Shown here one piece after another: positions 1 through 12,150 of a DNA stretch of 64,000 nt (its first letter is position 1; each line of letters opens with the position of its first letter). Origin of the DNA: Eledone cirrhosa (lineage: Eukaryota); the NCBI GenBank assembly GCA_964016885.1, contig OZ024748.1, forward strand, positions 48,174,001 through 48,238,000, read 5' to 3'. The notes below the pieces were generated by a model. The model saw only the letters and a list, made by a program, of their open reading frames with translations, was not told where the DNA came from and searched no databases. The position numbers were made by a program, and so were the translations under genes.

Positions 1-1803
1 TGGTGGACAGTAGAGAAGGTGGACAGTAGAGGTGGTGGACAGTAGAGAAGGTGGACAGTAGAGAAGATGGACAGTTGAGGTGGTGGACAGTTGTGAAGGT
101 GGACAGCAGAGGTGGTGGACAGTAGAGGTGGTGGACAGTAGAGGTGGTGGACAGTTGAGGTGGTGGACAGTTGAGGTGGTGGACAGTAGAGAAGGTGGAC
201 AGTAGAGGTGGTGGACAGTAGAGAAGGTGGACAGTAGAGAAGATGGACAGTTGAGGTGGTGGACAGTTGTGAAGGTGGACAGTTGAGGTGGTGGACAGTA
301 GAGGTGGTGGACAGTAGAGGTGGTGGACAGTAGAGGTGGTGGACAGTAGAGGTGGTGGACAGTAGAGAAGGTGGACAGTAGAGAAGGTGGACAGTAGAGG
401 TGGTGGACAGTAGAGGTGGTGGACAGTAGAGAAGATGGACAGTTGAGGTGGTGGACAGTTGTGAAGGTGGACAGTTGAGGTGGTGGACAGTAGAGGTGGT
501 GGACAGTAGAGGCGGTGGACAGTAGAGGTGGTGGACAGTAGACGTGGTGGACAGTAGAGGTGGTGGACAGTAGAGAAGGTGGACAGTAGAGAAGGTGGAC
601 AGTAGAGAAGGTGGACAGTAGATGAGGTGGACAGTAGAGGCGGTGGACAGTAGAGAAGGTGGACAGTTGAGGTGGTGGACAGTAGAGGTGGTGGACAGTA
701 GAGAAGGTGGACAGTAGATGAGGTGGACAGTAGAGGCGGTGGACAGTAGAGGTGGACAGTAGAGAAGGTGGACAGTAGAGAAGGTGGACAGTAGAGAAGG
801 TGGACAGTAGAGGTGGTGGATAGTAGAGGTGGTGGACAGTAGAGGTGGTGGACAGTAGAGGTGGTGGACAGTAGAGGTGGTGGACAGTAGAGAAGGTGGA
901 CAGTAGAGAAGGTGGACAGTTGAGGTGGTGGACAGTAGAGAAGGTGGACAGTAGAGGTGGTGGACAGTTGAGGTGGTGGACAGTAGAGGTGGTGGATAGT
1001 TGAGGTGGTGGACAGTATAGAAGGTGGACAGTAGAGGTGGTGGACAGTAGAGAAGGTGGACAGTAGAGGTGGTGGACAGTAGAGAAGGTGGACAGTAGAG
1101 GTGGTGGACAGTAGAGAAGGTGGACAGTAGAGGTGGTGGACAGTAGAGGTGGTGGACAGTAGAGAAGGTGGACAGTAGAGGTGGTGGACAGTAGAGGTGG
1201 TGGACAGTAGATAAGGTGGACAGTAGTGAAGGTGGACAGTAGAGGTGGTGGACAGTAGAGAAGGTGGACAGTAGAGGTGGTGGACAGTAGAGGTGGTGGA
1301 CAGTAGAGGTGGTGGACAGTAGAGGTGGTGGACAGTAGAGAAGGTGGACAGTAGAGAAGGTGGACAGTAGAGAAGGTGGACAGTAGAGGTGGTGGACAGT
1401 AGAGGTGGTGGACAGTAGAGAAGGTGGACAGTAGAGAAGGTGGACAGTAGAGAAGGTGGACAGTAGAGGTGGTGGACAGTAGAGAAGGTGGACAGTAGAT
1501 AAGGTGGACAGTAGAGGTGGTGGACAGTAGAGGTGGTGGACAGTAGAGAAGGTGGACAGTAGAGGTGGTGGACAGTAGAGAAGGTGGACAGTAGAGGTGG
1601 TGGACAGTTGAGGTGGTGGACAGTAGATAAGGTGGACAGTAGAGGTGGTGGACAGTAGATAAGGTGGACAGTAGAGAAGGTGGACAGTAGAGGTGGTGGA
1701 CAGTAGAGAAGGTGGACAGTAGAGGTGGTGGACAGTAGAGGTGGTGGACAGTAGATAAGGTGGACAGTAGAGGTGGTGGACAGTAGAGGTGGTGGACAGT
1801 AGA
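1..1803. repeat. 16-bp G-rich minisatellite, GGTGGACAGTAGAG(GT/AA), about 110 copies, runs off the window edge
   Basis: Unit read directly; variant units (..TTGAG.., ..GATAA.., ..GGC..) are interspersed. Confidence 0.97.
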
Positions 1804-2815
1804 TTTGGTGCAAGTTTCATGTAGTTTTATAATTAGTCTAGATATAGGTTTGGTACCAATATAGATTTAGAGGACATTTTGTAATCTACTTTGAAGACTA
1901 AATAAAAATACAGGTTTGAAGTGTAAAAAAGAAAGATTTTAAAATAAGTGTTGACTTAGCTCAGAATTTGAAGATTTAAATATATATTATTTTGAATTAC
2001 TGAAGGTTTAGAAAAATAAAGAAAAAGATAAATCAGTTCTAGAATTTAAAAGTGAGTGTTCAGTTAATGTAGATCTTAAATGATTTTAAAGTGCGAGTTA
2101 ATGTAAATTTTAAAGGCTATTTTTAAAAATGAGTATGTATATATATATATATATAGGGTACATTTTAAAAGACTTTTATAAAATGAATGTTAGTTTAGTG
2201 AGTATTTAATATGGTTTTGGTAAAATATTTGAATGGTAAACGAAAAATAATACATTTCTTGATAGGCATTTGTATATTTAGTGCAGACTTTGAACATAAT
2301 AAGTGTTGATTTAGTACAAATTGAGTGCAGATTTAGTAAAATGAATAAAGTGTGCAGAAACGATGATGATGATGTAGCAATAATAATAATGCAGTTCTTC
2401 AAAGTAAAAGATTTCGAAATTAATGTTGATTTACTCCCATATATTTAGTGCAAATGGTAAAAAGACTTTAAAATGGAAGTTGATTTAATGGAGACATTGT
2501 GCAGAAAAAAGAAGGGAGAAAGAAAAGGATACAAATTGAATGTTTGAATATGTATAGGAAGTACACAAACACACTCCTATACAAGGAGAGAAACATATAC
2601 AGATGCATTGTAGAACAGTATTACAATGTGATGGTACAAAGTTAGTCTGGATGAATAAGAAGAGAAGAAGGAAGCAGCTAATGGGTCTTTGTGAAATAAT
2701 TTTTTTTTATATTCAATAGTACTGGGTTGCCATAACAACAACATTTATATCTTTGATTTGGTGACAGGTGGAGAAAGATTTATTGAGAGCCGAAGATGTG
2801 TTAAAGTGACATTAC

Positions 2816-2907
2816 CTGTGCAACACAAAAAGTGGTTCTTTTGGCTCCTGGGAATTGAAGTGTCTTATTTCCAAGGAAGCAATATCATGCAGCAATGTGG
2901 AAACACA
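2816..2907 (-). CDS. AARSD1: AARSD1 internal exon (92 bp): CVSTLLHDIASLEIRHFNSQEPKEPLFVLH(R)
   Basis: ttccag acceptor and gtaatg donor; phase 0 start fits the 67-bp exon; resembles the recalled vertebrate AARSD1 segment LLRDLA...VVILHR. Confidence 0.85.
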
Positions 2908-2930
2908 CTGGAAGATATATACAGAGAGAA

Positions 2931-2974
<44 letters not shown>

Positions 2975-3121
2975 GAATATACAACAGAGATAAACACAAA
3001 TATAAACATACATGTGTTCAAATTGTAAGGGACCAAGTTTGCTACGGTGAAAAAAATACTAACTATAACAATATGGTTTGCCAGACTCAATTTAAAGTAA
3101 TAAATCAAGAAAAAGAAAAAG

Positions 3122-3270
<149 letters not shown>

Positions 3271-3369
3271 GTGCCAAGAGTTTCCGAAGAAATAGATCAA
3301 GGAAAAAAGTGGTTATGTAATGTACAGAGTCAAAATATATAATATGAATAAGATCTCAACACAAATACA

Positions 3370-3452
3370 TGCTACCTAAGGTTTCAAATGTCAACCAGCA
3401 TAGGACATAGATATTCTATGCCTAATTTTAGTTTAATTATCATCAGGTAAAA
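3370..3452 (-). ncRNA. Type I hammerhead-like motif with long stem II and weak stem I
   Basis: CTGATGA, a hairpin (taggcatag/ctatgtccta), then GAAA-ccttagg-TA on the minus strand. Confidence 0.5.
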
Positions 3453-3502
3453 CCAAGATGGCTGAACATTATTTCATATATGAGATCTCATTTTATATAT
3501 AT

Positions 3503-4009
3503 ACAACGAAATGAAATTTAATTTCGTTTCGTTATTTGTTTTTATCGTCTCCGTTGAACCGGTACGTACTCACGCTCTATGCAAATTAGTCTGCCCACTA
3601 CTAATTTTCATAGAAAAAGCATATAACGATATGTGCTTTTACGATTCTCTAGAGAGGCCGGAAGATAGGTAAATATTGCTGATGAGATGTAACAACATCG
3701 AAACTAGTTCAATATTCCTTGTCTGGCTTTCTGGAGAATAGAGGAAAGGTGTTTCCTCAAAAACCAGTATGACTCTAAAAACCGGTTTGTCTGTGTGTTT
3801 ACATACAGAATAGCTGGACACTCACAGTAAAGTGACCAGTGAAAAACTCGGTACATCTACATATGTATACGTGTGTGTATTCATATGCATACTAGTATTT
3901 CAGTATACATATGTGGATGTACATTTTTAACTTAATTGTTTAAGCGTCAGTCATACAAAAGTGAGTTACAAACGAAACGAAATTTAATTTCGTTTCGTTA
4001 TTTGTTTTT
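3503..4009 (+). mobile_element. Terminally redundant non-coding unit (about 465 bp plus about 40 bp direct repeat) containing a hammerhead; Penelope pLTR or retrozyme-like
   Basis: aacgaaa(t/c)gaaatttaatttcgtttcgttatttgttttta at both ends; TA-run flanks; internal hammerhead at 3672. Confidence 0.65.
3672..3716 (+). ncRNA. Minimal type I hammerhead ribozyme, intact core
   Basis: aatattg-CTGATGA-gatgt(aaca)acatc-GAAA-ctag-TT-caatatt: 7-bp stem I, 5-bp stem II, palindromic ACTAGT stem III, GUU cleavage triplet. Confidence 0.9.
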
Positions 4010-4164
4010 ATATATATATATATATATATAAATGTAATCTGAGATTTTCGAATATTAATAATAACATTCGATTCATTTGCAATTATGCAAACAAGCCTCA
4101 ATTTTATAGCCATCTCAGTAGAATGAACCCTTCATTCTTGCTCTTGTGTTGGCATGCAAACAGA

Positions 4165-4210
4165 ACTGCAGACACTAATGTTTCTGGGTATCACCCTTCA
4201 TCAGTACAGC
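4165..4210 (-). ncRNA. Type I hammerhead ribozyme (family A)
   Basis: gctgta-CTGATGA-agggtgataccca-GAAA-cattagtg-TC-tgcagt. Confidence 0.78.
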
Positions 4211-4456
4211 ACCTGCCAAACTGTCAGAGCTAGTGAAAATATATGCTATTTTCAAAAACACAGTGACTGATCGGCCTGATTTGCATATTAGCAGATCCAC
4301 TGATCAGCCAGATTTGCATATCAGCAGACTGGTCAGTCAGTTTCCTGTATACGAGCGATAAATGGCCGGCTTTGCCAAATTCAAATAAAACATAAAATTT
4401 CGCTCTACCTGGCTGAATACAATAAATGTAATCTGAGTTTTTCGAATACTAATAAT

Positions 4457-4762
4457 TGTTTCTACTTTAGGCACAAGGCCAGCAATTACCCAGTGCATTA
4501 CTGGTACTTTATTTTATCAACCCCGTAAGGATGAAAGGCAAAGTCAACCTTGGCGGGATTTGAACTCAGATCGTAAAGGGACGTAACTCTGCTGGAAAGC
4601 ATAATCCGACCCTCTACCGATACTGCCAATTCACCGCCTTTTTCGAATACTAATAATTGTTTCTACTTTAGGCACAAGGCCAGCAATTACCCAGTGCATT
4701 ACTGGTACTTTATTTTATCGACCTCGTAAGGATGAAAGGCTAAGTCAACCTCGGCGGGATTT
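4457..4762 (-). mobile_element. Two tandem copies (one full, one 5'-truncated) of tRNA-derived SINE family 2 (Meta/Sauria-like central domain)
   Basis: gcctttcatccttacg(g/a)ggt(c/t)gataaaataaagtaccag core; target sequence gaatactaataat present three times around the copies. Confidence 0.8.
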
Positions 4763-5059
4763 TGAATACTAATAATAACATTCGATTCGTTTGCAATTTT
4801 GCAAATAAGCCTCAATTTTGCATGTAGAGCAAAATTTTCTTTTATATATATATATATATAATGAATAAAAGAACCAGGGTTTAATTGCATTATTTAATAG
4901 ATTTATGAACATCTCTTTCAAATACAGTATGAAGTACCATTTTTATTCTTGTATACTAAATTCCTCAGAATCATTAAACAATACAAAAAAGATAATTATT
5001 TACCAACCGCATATCCGAACATCTCCAAATTTGAAAATGTAAAGAAGTTTATATACAGT

Positions 5060-5110
<51 letters not shown>

Positions 5111-5579
5111 ATAAGTGGACGGAACTAGCATGGATTTCACTGCTAGTACCAGTTGCATCTCAGCGTACTCAATAGGTAATGTTATGTAAACTCCCAGAGT
5201 ATACTCATAGTTATTCGCTTCAATACAACACACGTAAATGGGTGCCTTATATATATATTTATATACATATATGTATATAAGCAGAGATATATGGCGGAGC
5301 AAGCAAGACATTTAATAAAAAAATGTATTTCTTAAACAGTGTTTCGTTGTTAAGTGTGTGTATATATGTGTGTGTGTATATATGTGTGTGTGTACTGAAC
5401 AATGAAAACAAAGCAAAAGTCATAGGTAGGTAGTTAATTAGTTCATTGTTTTACAAATATATATATATAAAAAGATTCGGGACCCAGCTGAGCTCCGGCC
5501 ATTTCAACAGCTAGATCCGAATGTGTATGAATGTGTGTGTGTGTGTGTGTATGTGTGTGTGTGTGTGTGTGTATATATA

Positions 5580-5614
<35 letters not shown>

Positions 5615-5730
5615 CTATATATATATATATTGGCAAAGTAAAAAACAAAAACAATAACAAGGAGTGCAGTTACGAACAGTGTTGGTATTAGGTTCACGAT
5701 TGAGAGCGGGGGGGGGGGTCAGGGAGTGGA

Positions 5731-5766
5731 GGATGACGTTTCGGGCATAAGCCCTTCATCAGGAGA
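5731..5766 (-). ncRNA. Hammerhead core typical of Penelope-like elements; stem I not evident
   Basis: CTGATGA-agggcttatgccc-GAAACGTC. Confidence 0.55.
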
Positions 5767-6493
5767 AAAGTGGGAAGGAAAAGAGTTTCTAGAGGGTGTG
5801 AGGGGGAGGGGAGGAGTGGTGGAAAGATATTAAAATAAAGGGGAAAAAAATTAAAATGAAGGAAAAAATTAAAATGAAAACAAGTGGTGAAAGGGTGTGA
5901 GGCGCGCATGAGGAGACATGAGGAGCGCATGAGGCGCGCATGAGGAGACATGAGGAACCGGTGAGAATGAGTTGGGTCGAGAGTGAACGAGGGGGGAGGT
6001 GTGGAAGTGGAGTCAGAAGCCATAGGGGATGAGCTGGAGGAGGCTGAGGAAATGGATGTGGCTAGAATGCCGGGTCTTAGCGAAGAGGAGGTAGGAGAGT
6101 TGGAGGGCTGAAGGGAGATAGCAGGGCAGGAGAAGAGGGGTGAGGAAGTGTTTGAGGCGGTTGTGGAGGTGGTGGAGAAAGGATTTCAGGCTAGGCATGG
6201 TAGGTGCGGGTGTCTAAGAGAAGGGGTGGTCAAAAAGCAAGGGGGACGGTGGAAGAGAGGAGAAGGGTGTGGTACGAGGGGGGAGTAGAACAAAGGGGGT
6301 GAATGCAAAGAGGATAAACAGAGACAGGTAAGAAAATGGGACCGAAAAAATAAATACAAAAATATCATAAACAAAAGAAAAAAATCTAAACAGTAAAATC
6401 ATAAACAAAATATATATATATATATATATATATAAGTAAGATGTATGGTAGGTCGTATGTGAATCGCGATGATCACGTCTGACTTACCAAATA

Positions 6494-6540
6494 TGCCTTG
6501 ATAAGTCCCACCATGGGGTCGGACGAAACGGCTGAGGGCA
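6494..6540 (+). ncRNA. Degenerate hammerhead (core mutated)
   Basis: tgcc-TTGATAA-gtcc..ggac-GAAA-cggctg-ag-ggca; stems are kept but CUGAUGA and NUH are altered. Confidence 0.45.
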
Positions 6541-6584
6541 ATAAACTTGTTATAATGTCATAATAGTTCCTTTGTTCTTTTTCA

Positions 6585-6632
<48 letters not shown>

Positions 6633-6634
<2 letters not shown>

Positions 6635-6968
6635 ACTAACAAAAAGTTATCGCTCTACATGGCTGAATACGATAAATGTAATCTGAGTTTTTCGAATATT
6701 AATAATAATATTCGGTTCGTTTGCAATTATGCAAACAAGCCTCTTTTAAGCCATGTCAGTAGAATGAGCCCCTCATTCTTGCTTTTGTGTTGGCATGTAA
6801 ACAGAACTGCAGACACCAATGTTTCTGGGTGATTACCTTTCATCAGTGCAGTTCACTGTTCACCTGCCAACTGTCAGAGCTGGTGACATGGCTTAAAAGA
6901 GGCTTGTTTGCATATTGCAAATGTATCGAATATTATTATTAATATTCAAAAAATTCAGATTACATTTA
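6633..6968 (-). mobile_element. Family A copy with an inverted terminal segment (6885-6968 is an inverted copy of about 6674-6757)
   Basis: Direct comparison; flanked by (TA)n on both sides. Confidence 0.7.
6804..6854 (-). ncRNA. Type I hammerhead ribozyme (family A) with perfect 8-bp stem I
   Basis: gaactgca-CTGATGA-aaggtaatcaccca-GAAA-cattggtg-TC-tgcagttc. Confidence 0.8.
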
Positions 6969-7012
6969 TATATGTATATATATATATGTATATATATATG
7001 TGTATATATATA

Positions 7013-7051
<39 letters not shown>

Positions 7052-7135
7052 ATATATATATCTTTATATATATATATATAAAGATATAACAACACATTTC
7101 TCTCAGTCTTCCTAAGTGAAACATACCAATTTCTG

Positions 7136-7224
7136 GATACCTGCAGATGAGCACAGAAATGGGAATTTTCACTTATTGTTGCGAAACAAATTTGAGTTTT
7201 GAAATTTAAATTTGTCCGGGTATC
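7136..7224 (+). ncRNA. Type I hammerhead with long stems II and III and one core substitution (CAGATGA)
   Basis: gatacctg/cgggtatc stem I; gca..tgc stem II; GAAA-caaatttga..ttaaatttg-TC. Confidence 0.7.
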
Positions 7225-7782
7225 ACGGCTATTGCCAATATAGGTTTGTTTTTATTGATTTATTATTTTAAATCGAGACAGGCAAACTGTATTAATTTAA
7301 TTAGTATTTTTCAATCTAGCTAACTTGGTCATTTGCAATACAAACACTTATATACTTGTATAAGTGTTTATCATATATTAATTTGTATTTCACGGCTCAG
7401 AAATATCTCTTTCTTTGAGCTATTTAATTGGAAAAGACTGTTTGAGTTTATAACTCTATATATAGTATATATATATATATATGTATGGATGTATATGTGT
7501 ATATATATGTGTGTGTGTGATTGTAAACACCTTACCATTTGCAGACTTCACAATCTTTTAACAGCATGTTAATACAGCCACTTTGTTTGCTTAGAACCTT
7601 GAAAATTAGGAGTGCCTGCATTTGTACCATTCTGTATCACTATGTATTTTTCTCTAAATATAGTTTTTTCAAAGAATCCCCATTCTTTAAATCCATCAGC
7701 CAATGACCTCCACCCCATCCCAATCACCACCTTTCCCAAGCAACAGAAAAAGTATAAATACAACCATATCACATTGACAGTC

Positions 7783-7833
7783 GGCTTTCCTGATGATTTC
7801 CTTCGAATGAAACAGTTCTAGTCCTGTAGAAGC

Positions 7834-7834
<1 letters not shown>
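7783..7834 (+). ncRNA. Type I hammerhead ribozyme, intact core
   Basis: ggctttc-CTGATGA-tttccttcgaat-GAAA-cag(ttctagtc)ctg-TA-gaagcc. Confidence 0.72.
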
Positions 7835-7894
<60 letters not shown>

Positions 7895-8031
7895 AAGTTC
7901 AAAATTAAGATAAATGAATTAAATGAATTTAATCTAAATCGAAATCATGGGTGTCATGACATAATGCATGCGCCATATATCCTGAGAATTTAAGCTCAAA
8001 GATAAATAAATCTGAGCATATTATAATAACT

Positions 8032-8242
8032 AGAGATTAATTAACATATAAAAATACATGAATAATCACAGGAGATAATTTAAGCTTGCGTGTAATTGCG
8101 CATAGCTAATTTAGGCAATATTTACCTTTAAGTTAATCACACCTAAAGGTAAATATTGCCTAAACTAGCTATGCGCGGTTACATGCAAGCTTAAATTATC
8201 TCCTATGATTATTCATGTATTTTTATATGTTAATAAATCTCT
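8032..8242. repeat. Foldback inverted repeat with about 100-bp arms and about 7-nt loop
   Basis: Arms pair with few mismatches (e.g. ggagataatttaagcttgc / gcaagcttaaattatctcc). Confidence 0.92.
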
Positions 8243-8251
8243 TGTTGTTGT

Positions 8252-8372
<121 letters not shown>

Positions 8373-8374
8373 GT

Positions 8375-8703
8375 GGCACATGGCTTAGTGGTTAGAGCAT
8401 TGGCCTTGCAATCGAAAGGTTGTGAGTTCAATTCTCAGACCGGGTGATGTGTTGTTTCCTTGAGCAAGACACTTTATTTCACATTGCTCCAGTTTACTCA
8501 GCTGTAGAAATAAGATGATAGGGACTGGGGTCCCTTTCATTTCACTGCAAAGTGCACGTGGAGGTGCCACGACAAAAAAGCACCCAGCACTCACTGTAAA
8601 TGAGGTTGGTGTTAGGAAGGGCATCCAGCTGTAGAAATCGAGCCAGAATCAGTTCCCGTCCCACCCTTGCAAGCAGGGAAAAGCGGACGTAAAATGATGA
8701 TGA

Positions 8704-8707
<4 letters not shown>
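8375..8707 (+). mobile_element. tRNA-derived CORE-type SINE family 1, full length, with RTE-derived 3' end and (TGA)n tail
   Basis: A box tggcttagtgg, B box gagttcaattc, CORE-like ccttgagcaagacactt; near-identical copies elsewhere in the window. Confidence 0.9.
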
Positions 8708-8737
<30 letters not shown>

Positions 8738-10278
8738 GGCATCCCATTGGATGACTGGAGACAGGAAGGATATATATATATTCCTCTGTCCACCATACAT
8801 TCATTCATTCTTTCTCTCCATTCTCTCTCATTGCTCCCTATCTTTCTCCCACCCACTGTTACCTTCTTGCTCCCCCCTCTCTCCCTTCTACAGGCCAGCT
8901 CAACTGACGCCAATTTTCTTCCTTTCTTGTAATGACTTGGGGTCGATCAGACACACTTCATCTCTCCCTCTCTCTCTCTCTAACCTGTCCCAACACAAAC
9001 AATATAAGAACGAAGATATTTGTTTCTCCGTTGCGAGCCTCCTATTCCCCGCAGTAATCTCATTAATTTGTCGAAACCGCTGGAGGTTGAGATCTGATGA
9101 GCTTATTTTAATGTTTGTCACCTGTTCGCTTTATCCATTCTTTTTCCTCCTTCCTATCTTCTCTTCCTTCCTTTGAGTCAACTCACATCTAGCTACGGAT
9201 CTCTGTCCTTCGAGGTAATATTTTACCCAACGCCGCTTCGACGGTATTTTTCTGTTCCAACAGCTCCCATACGCCGAGTTTTCCCATTTTCCTATATTCA
9301 TTTTATTAAGGCTAAATAGTGATTCTTGTCACTCTGGAGTTCCGCCTGCTTTTCACTAGCATAGATAGAGTGTATAGTAAAATAATATTAATTTAACAAT
9401 TCCTTGATTACAATATTCTTTTGTTTCCATTTTTCTCAAATCACTACAAATACTATATTTTTAGTGTATATTAGTTTCATTTTTGTTGTTTTTTTTTAAA
9501 TCTACAGGTAAATACATAAAATTGTATGTTTATAGACTCAATGTGTATATTAAACAAATATGTATTTGATCGCTGGAGAGGCCACAGTAAAGTAAGACCA
9601 AAGGAAACCTGGATAGAAAATGGTGAGAGCTAATCTCAGATGCCTAAAGCTCAGAGAAGAGATGATAAAAAAATGTGATAAGTGGAGAGATGCAGCACTG
9701 AGAAGGATCTGCAACCCGTGCAAGCGTGGATTAATGGATGTGAAATGATGATGATGTATTTATCATATATTTGTAATGTTATAGGTGTAATAAATTAATT
9801 TTTTTTTTTATTTTCATAAATACATTTACATTTATTTACCTACCTTCAGTAGTAAACGTATACTTGCAAGTTTACCTGTCATACATTGGGTAACACTTTA
9901 GTATCCGTATCACAACTCGTCTAACCCATGCTAGCATGGAAAATGGAAATATGATGATGATGATGATAATAAGGATATTATTTGTCCAACAATTTTGTTA
10001 GTTTCAAAAAATATGAAGAAATTCTTATGAATTTTATACTGGATAATATTCTGTTTTATACCAATTCAGTATCCAACATTCCATTCTTTTTAAAGATTTT
10101 GAGAGATTTTGGCTGCTATTACAAGCATATTTTTTTTTATATTAACCTTTTTGTTACCATATTTCTAATAAAATACTCTATATTTGAAATAATTAATGAT
10201 GAATATGGAGGGACCTACTAAAATTAACAAGGGATTTTCCCTAAAATATTAAAGACAAAAATAAAAAGTGTTTGCTAC

Positions 10279-10345
10279 CTTCTGAGAACTTTTGGATGTT
10301 TTGATTAACTTTTCGGTAAGTTCTGCATGCTGCTCCAATGGGCTA
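10279..10345 (-). CDS. AARSD1: AARSD1 internal exon (67 bp): (N)SPLEQHAELTEKLIKTSKSSQK
   Basis: tctcctttttcag acceptor and gtagca donor; phase 2 to 0 bridges the flanking exons exactly; resembles CGAEDHVEAVKKLQNSTKILQK. Confidence 0.85.
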
Positions 10346-11229
10346 CTGAAAAAGGAGACAAACGGCATTGGTTAGAGGAAACATGTAGGTGGGAACTGGC
10401 AGAGTTGTTAGAATGTCGAATAGGATGCTTCGTGGTATTCATTCGGGCTCTCGGCGTTGTAAGATCAACTTTGCCCTTCATTCTTTCGAAGTCAATAAAA
10501 AATGTGCGACTCCAGTTCTTGGTTCGATTCTTCCTCTATATCTCTTTCTCACTTTCTCTCTACCACACTCTCTCTCTCTTCTTCACTGAGTTCAGACCTG
10601 GAGAGGGGACTGACTCCACCACATTAAAAATGCCCAAGAAATGCTGTATGTCACAACAGAGAGACAGATGGACAACATACAGACATACAGAGAGACAGAT
10701 GGACAACATACAGACATACAGAGAGACAGATGGCTAGACAGAAAGACTGACAGCTATACAGAGAGATACAATGAGAGACAGACAGAATATTTTACATAAA
10801 AAGAAACAACATAAATGTGAAATAGGAAGATGAATCAGAGAAGTGAGATATTGGACTACTGGTCTTTCTGCTAATTTAGTGTGAAAACAACTTCAAAAAT
10901 ACAGCCAAAGTAATTTATATTGATCAACAGTCTACAGCTACTTTACTGTAAACTGTTACCCACCATCACCATTATCCCTACCATCACCATCAACATCACC
11001 ATCAACATCACTACCATAGCCACTACCACTGTTATCCGTAACACTGCCATGCCTACCATCACCAATACCAACATCATTACTATCATTACCATTGCCACTA
11101 CTACTGCCACCATGACCATTACCAGTATCACCATCACTATCACCATCACCACAGCCATTGCTGCTATCATCATTACCATCACCCCCACTAAAACCACCAC
11201 CACTACCACAACCATCTCCACCAACACCC

Positions 11230-12150
11230 AAAGAGCTTCTTCCATGAAAAAAGAACAAAAAGAAACAAACATCGGCTGATCTGCGAGTCATCGATACAAA
11301 AGAGAAAATTCGAAAGGCTTCTAGGGCATATACGGAGAATCCAACAGAGCGTAATCACCAGATACTTCAATGATGCAAGAGTACACTGCAGAATGCATAT
11401 GACACTATTTCCGAGGAAGAACTTGATAAATCGATAGCTGAAGTAGAATCTGCAGATGCAAAATCGAAGCATGGAGAAAGCTGGAAGCTAATAAACAAGA
11501 TGACTGGGAGAAAATCTGTCAAACAAGCCATAATAAAAGCAAGCTCTAAGGAAGATCGCATCAAGAAATGGTACTCACACTTCAAGGAATTACACTCTTC
11601 ACATCTGCTGAATACTCAATATCCAAGAAGTATCTGATGGAGGGGAAAGCCTTTGGATTTGATGGCATCAGCCCGGAAGCTCTCAAGCATTGCAACCTGG
11701 ATGTCATCATGCTCGGCTATGTCAACAAGCTGATGGTCGGCGAAAAGCCTGACCAATGGTCAGAAAGCGATATGAAGACACTAGCAAAGTCGGGTGATCT
11801 TGGCTATACAGATAACTACAGGGGAATAAATACTCCATTGAAGCTAAATTGGCAAATCGAGTGCTCCTCAACAGAATTTGACCAAAAATCAATCCACAAC
11901 TACGTCTGAACCAGAATGGCTTCCGACCAGGAAGGTCGACTATCACGTATATTCTTGCATTGAGAAGCTTAATTGAGGGTGTCCAATCACACAACCTAAA
12001 GGCTGTCGTGACATTTGTAGTCTTTTGAAAAGCATTCAACAGCATCCACCGAGAGCATATGATGTGCCTGAAAAGATAGTTCAAGCTATAGGTCTGATGT
12101 ACGAGGGTACTTGAGCTCACGTATTGATACCAGACAGAAACACTGATTAC
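11230..12150 (+). mobile_element. Decayed non-LTR retrotransposon (RTE-like) RT fragments
   Basis: Frameshifted NYRGI, NQNGFRPGRST, ILALRSLIEGV and KAFNSIHR motifs. Confidence 0.8.

Larger units (their letters stand above)
4028..4820 (-). mobile_element. Hammerhead-bearing repeat family A (about 395-bp monomer plus about 75-bp terminal redundancy), interrupted by two SINEs
   Basis: taaatgtaatctgag...aagcctcaatttt repeated at both ends; homologous to 6633-6968 and 40768-41210. Confidence 0.7.

Noticed and set aside
7530-7830. Possible extra AARSD1 exon near the strong minus-strand donor at about 7535
   Set aside because: Stops in the required phase; the 67-bp exon at 10279-10345 already bridges the reading frame.
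8375-8450. tRNA gene-like A/B boxes at SINE heads
   Set aside because: They continue into SINE bodies with LINE tails in multiple copies and have no complete cloverleaf.
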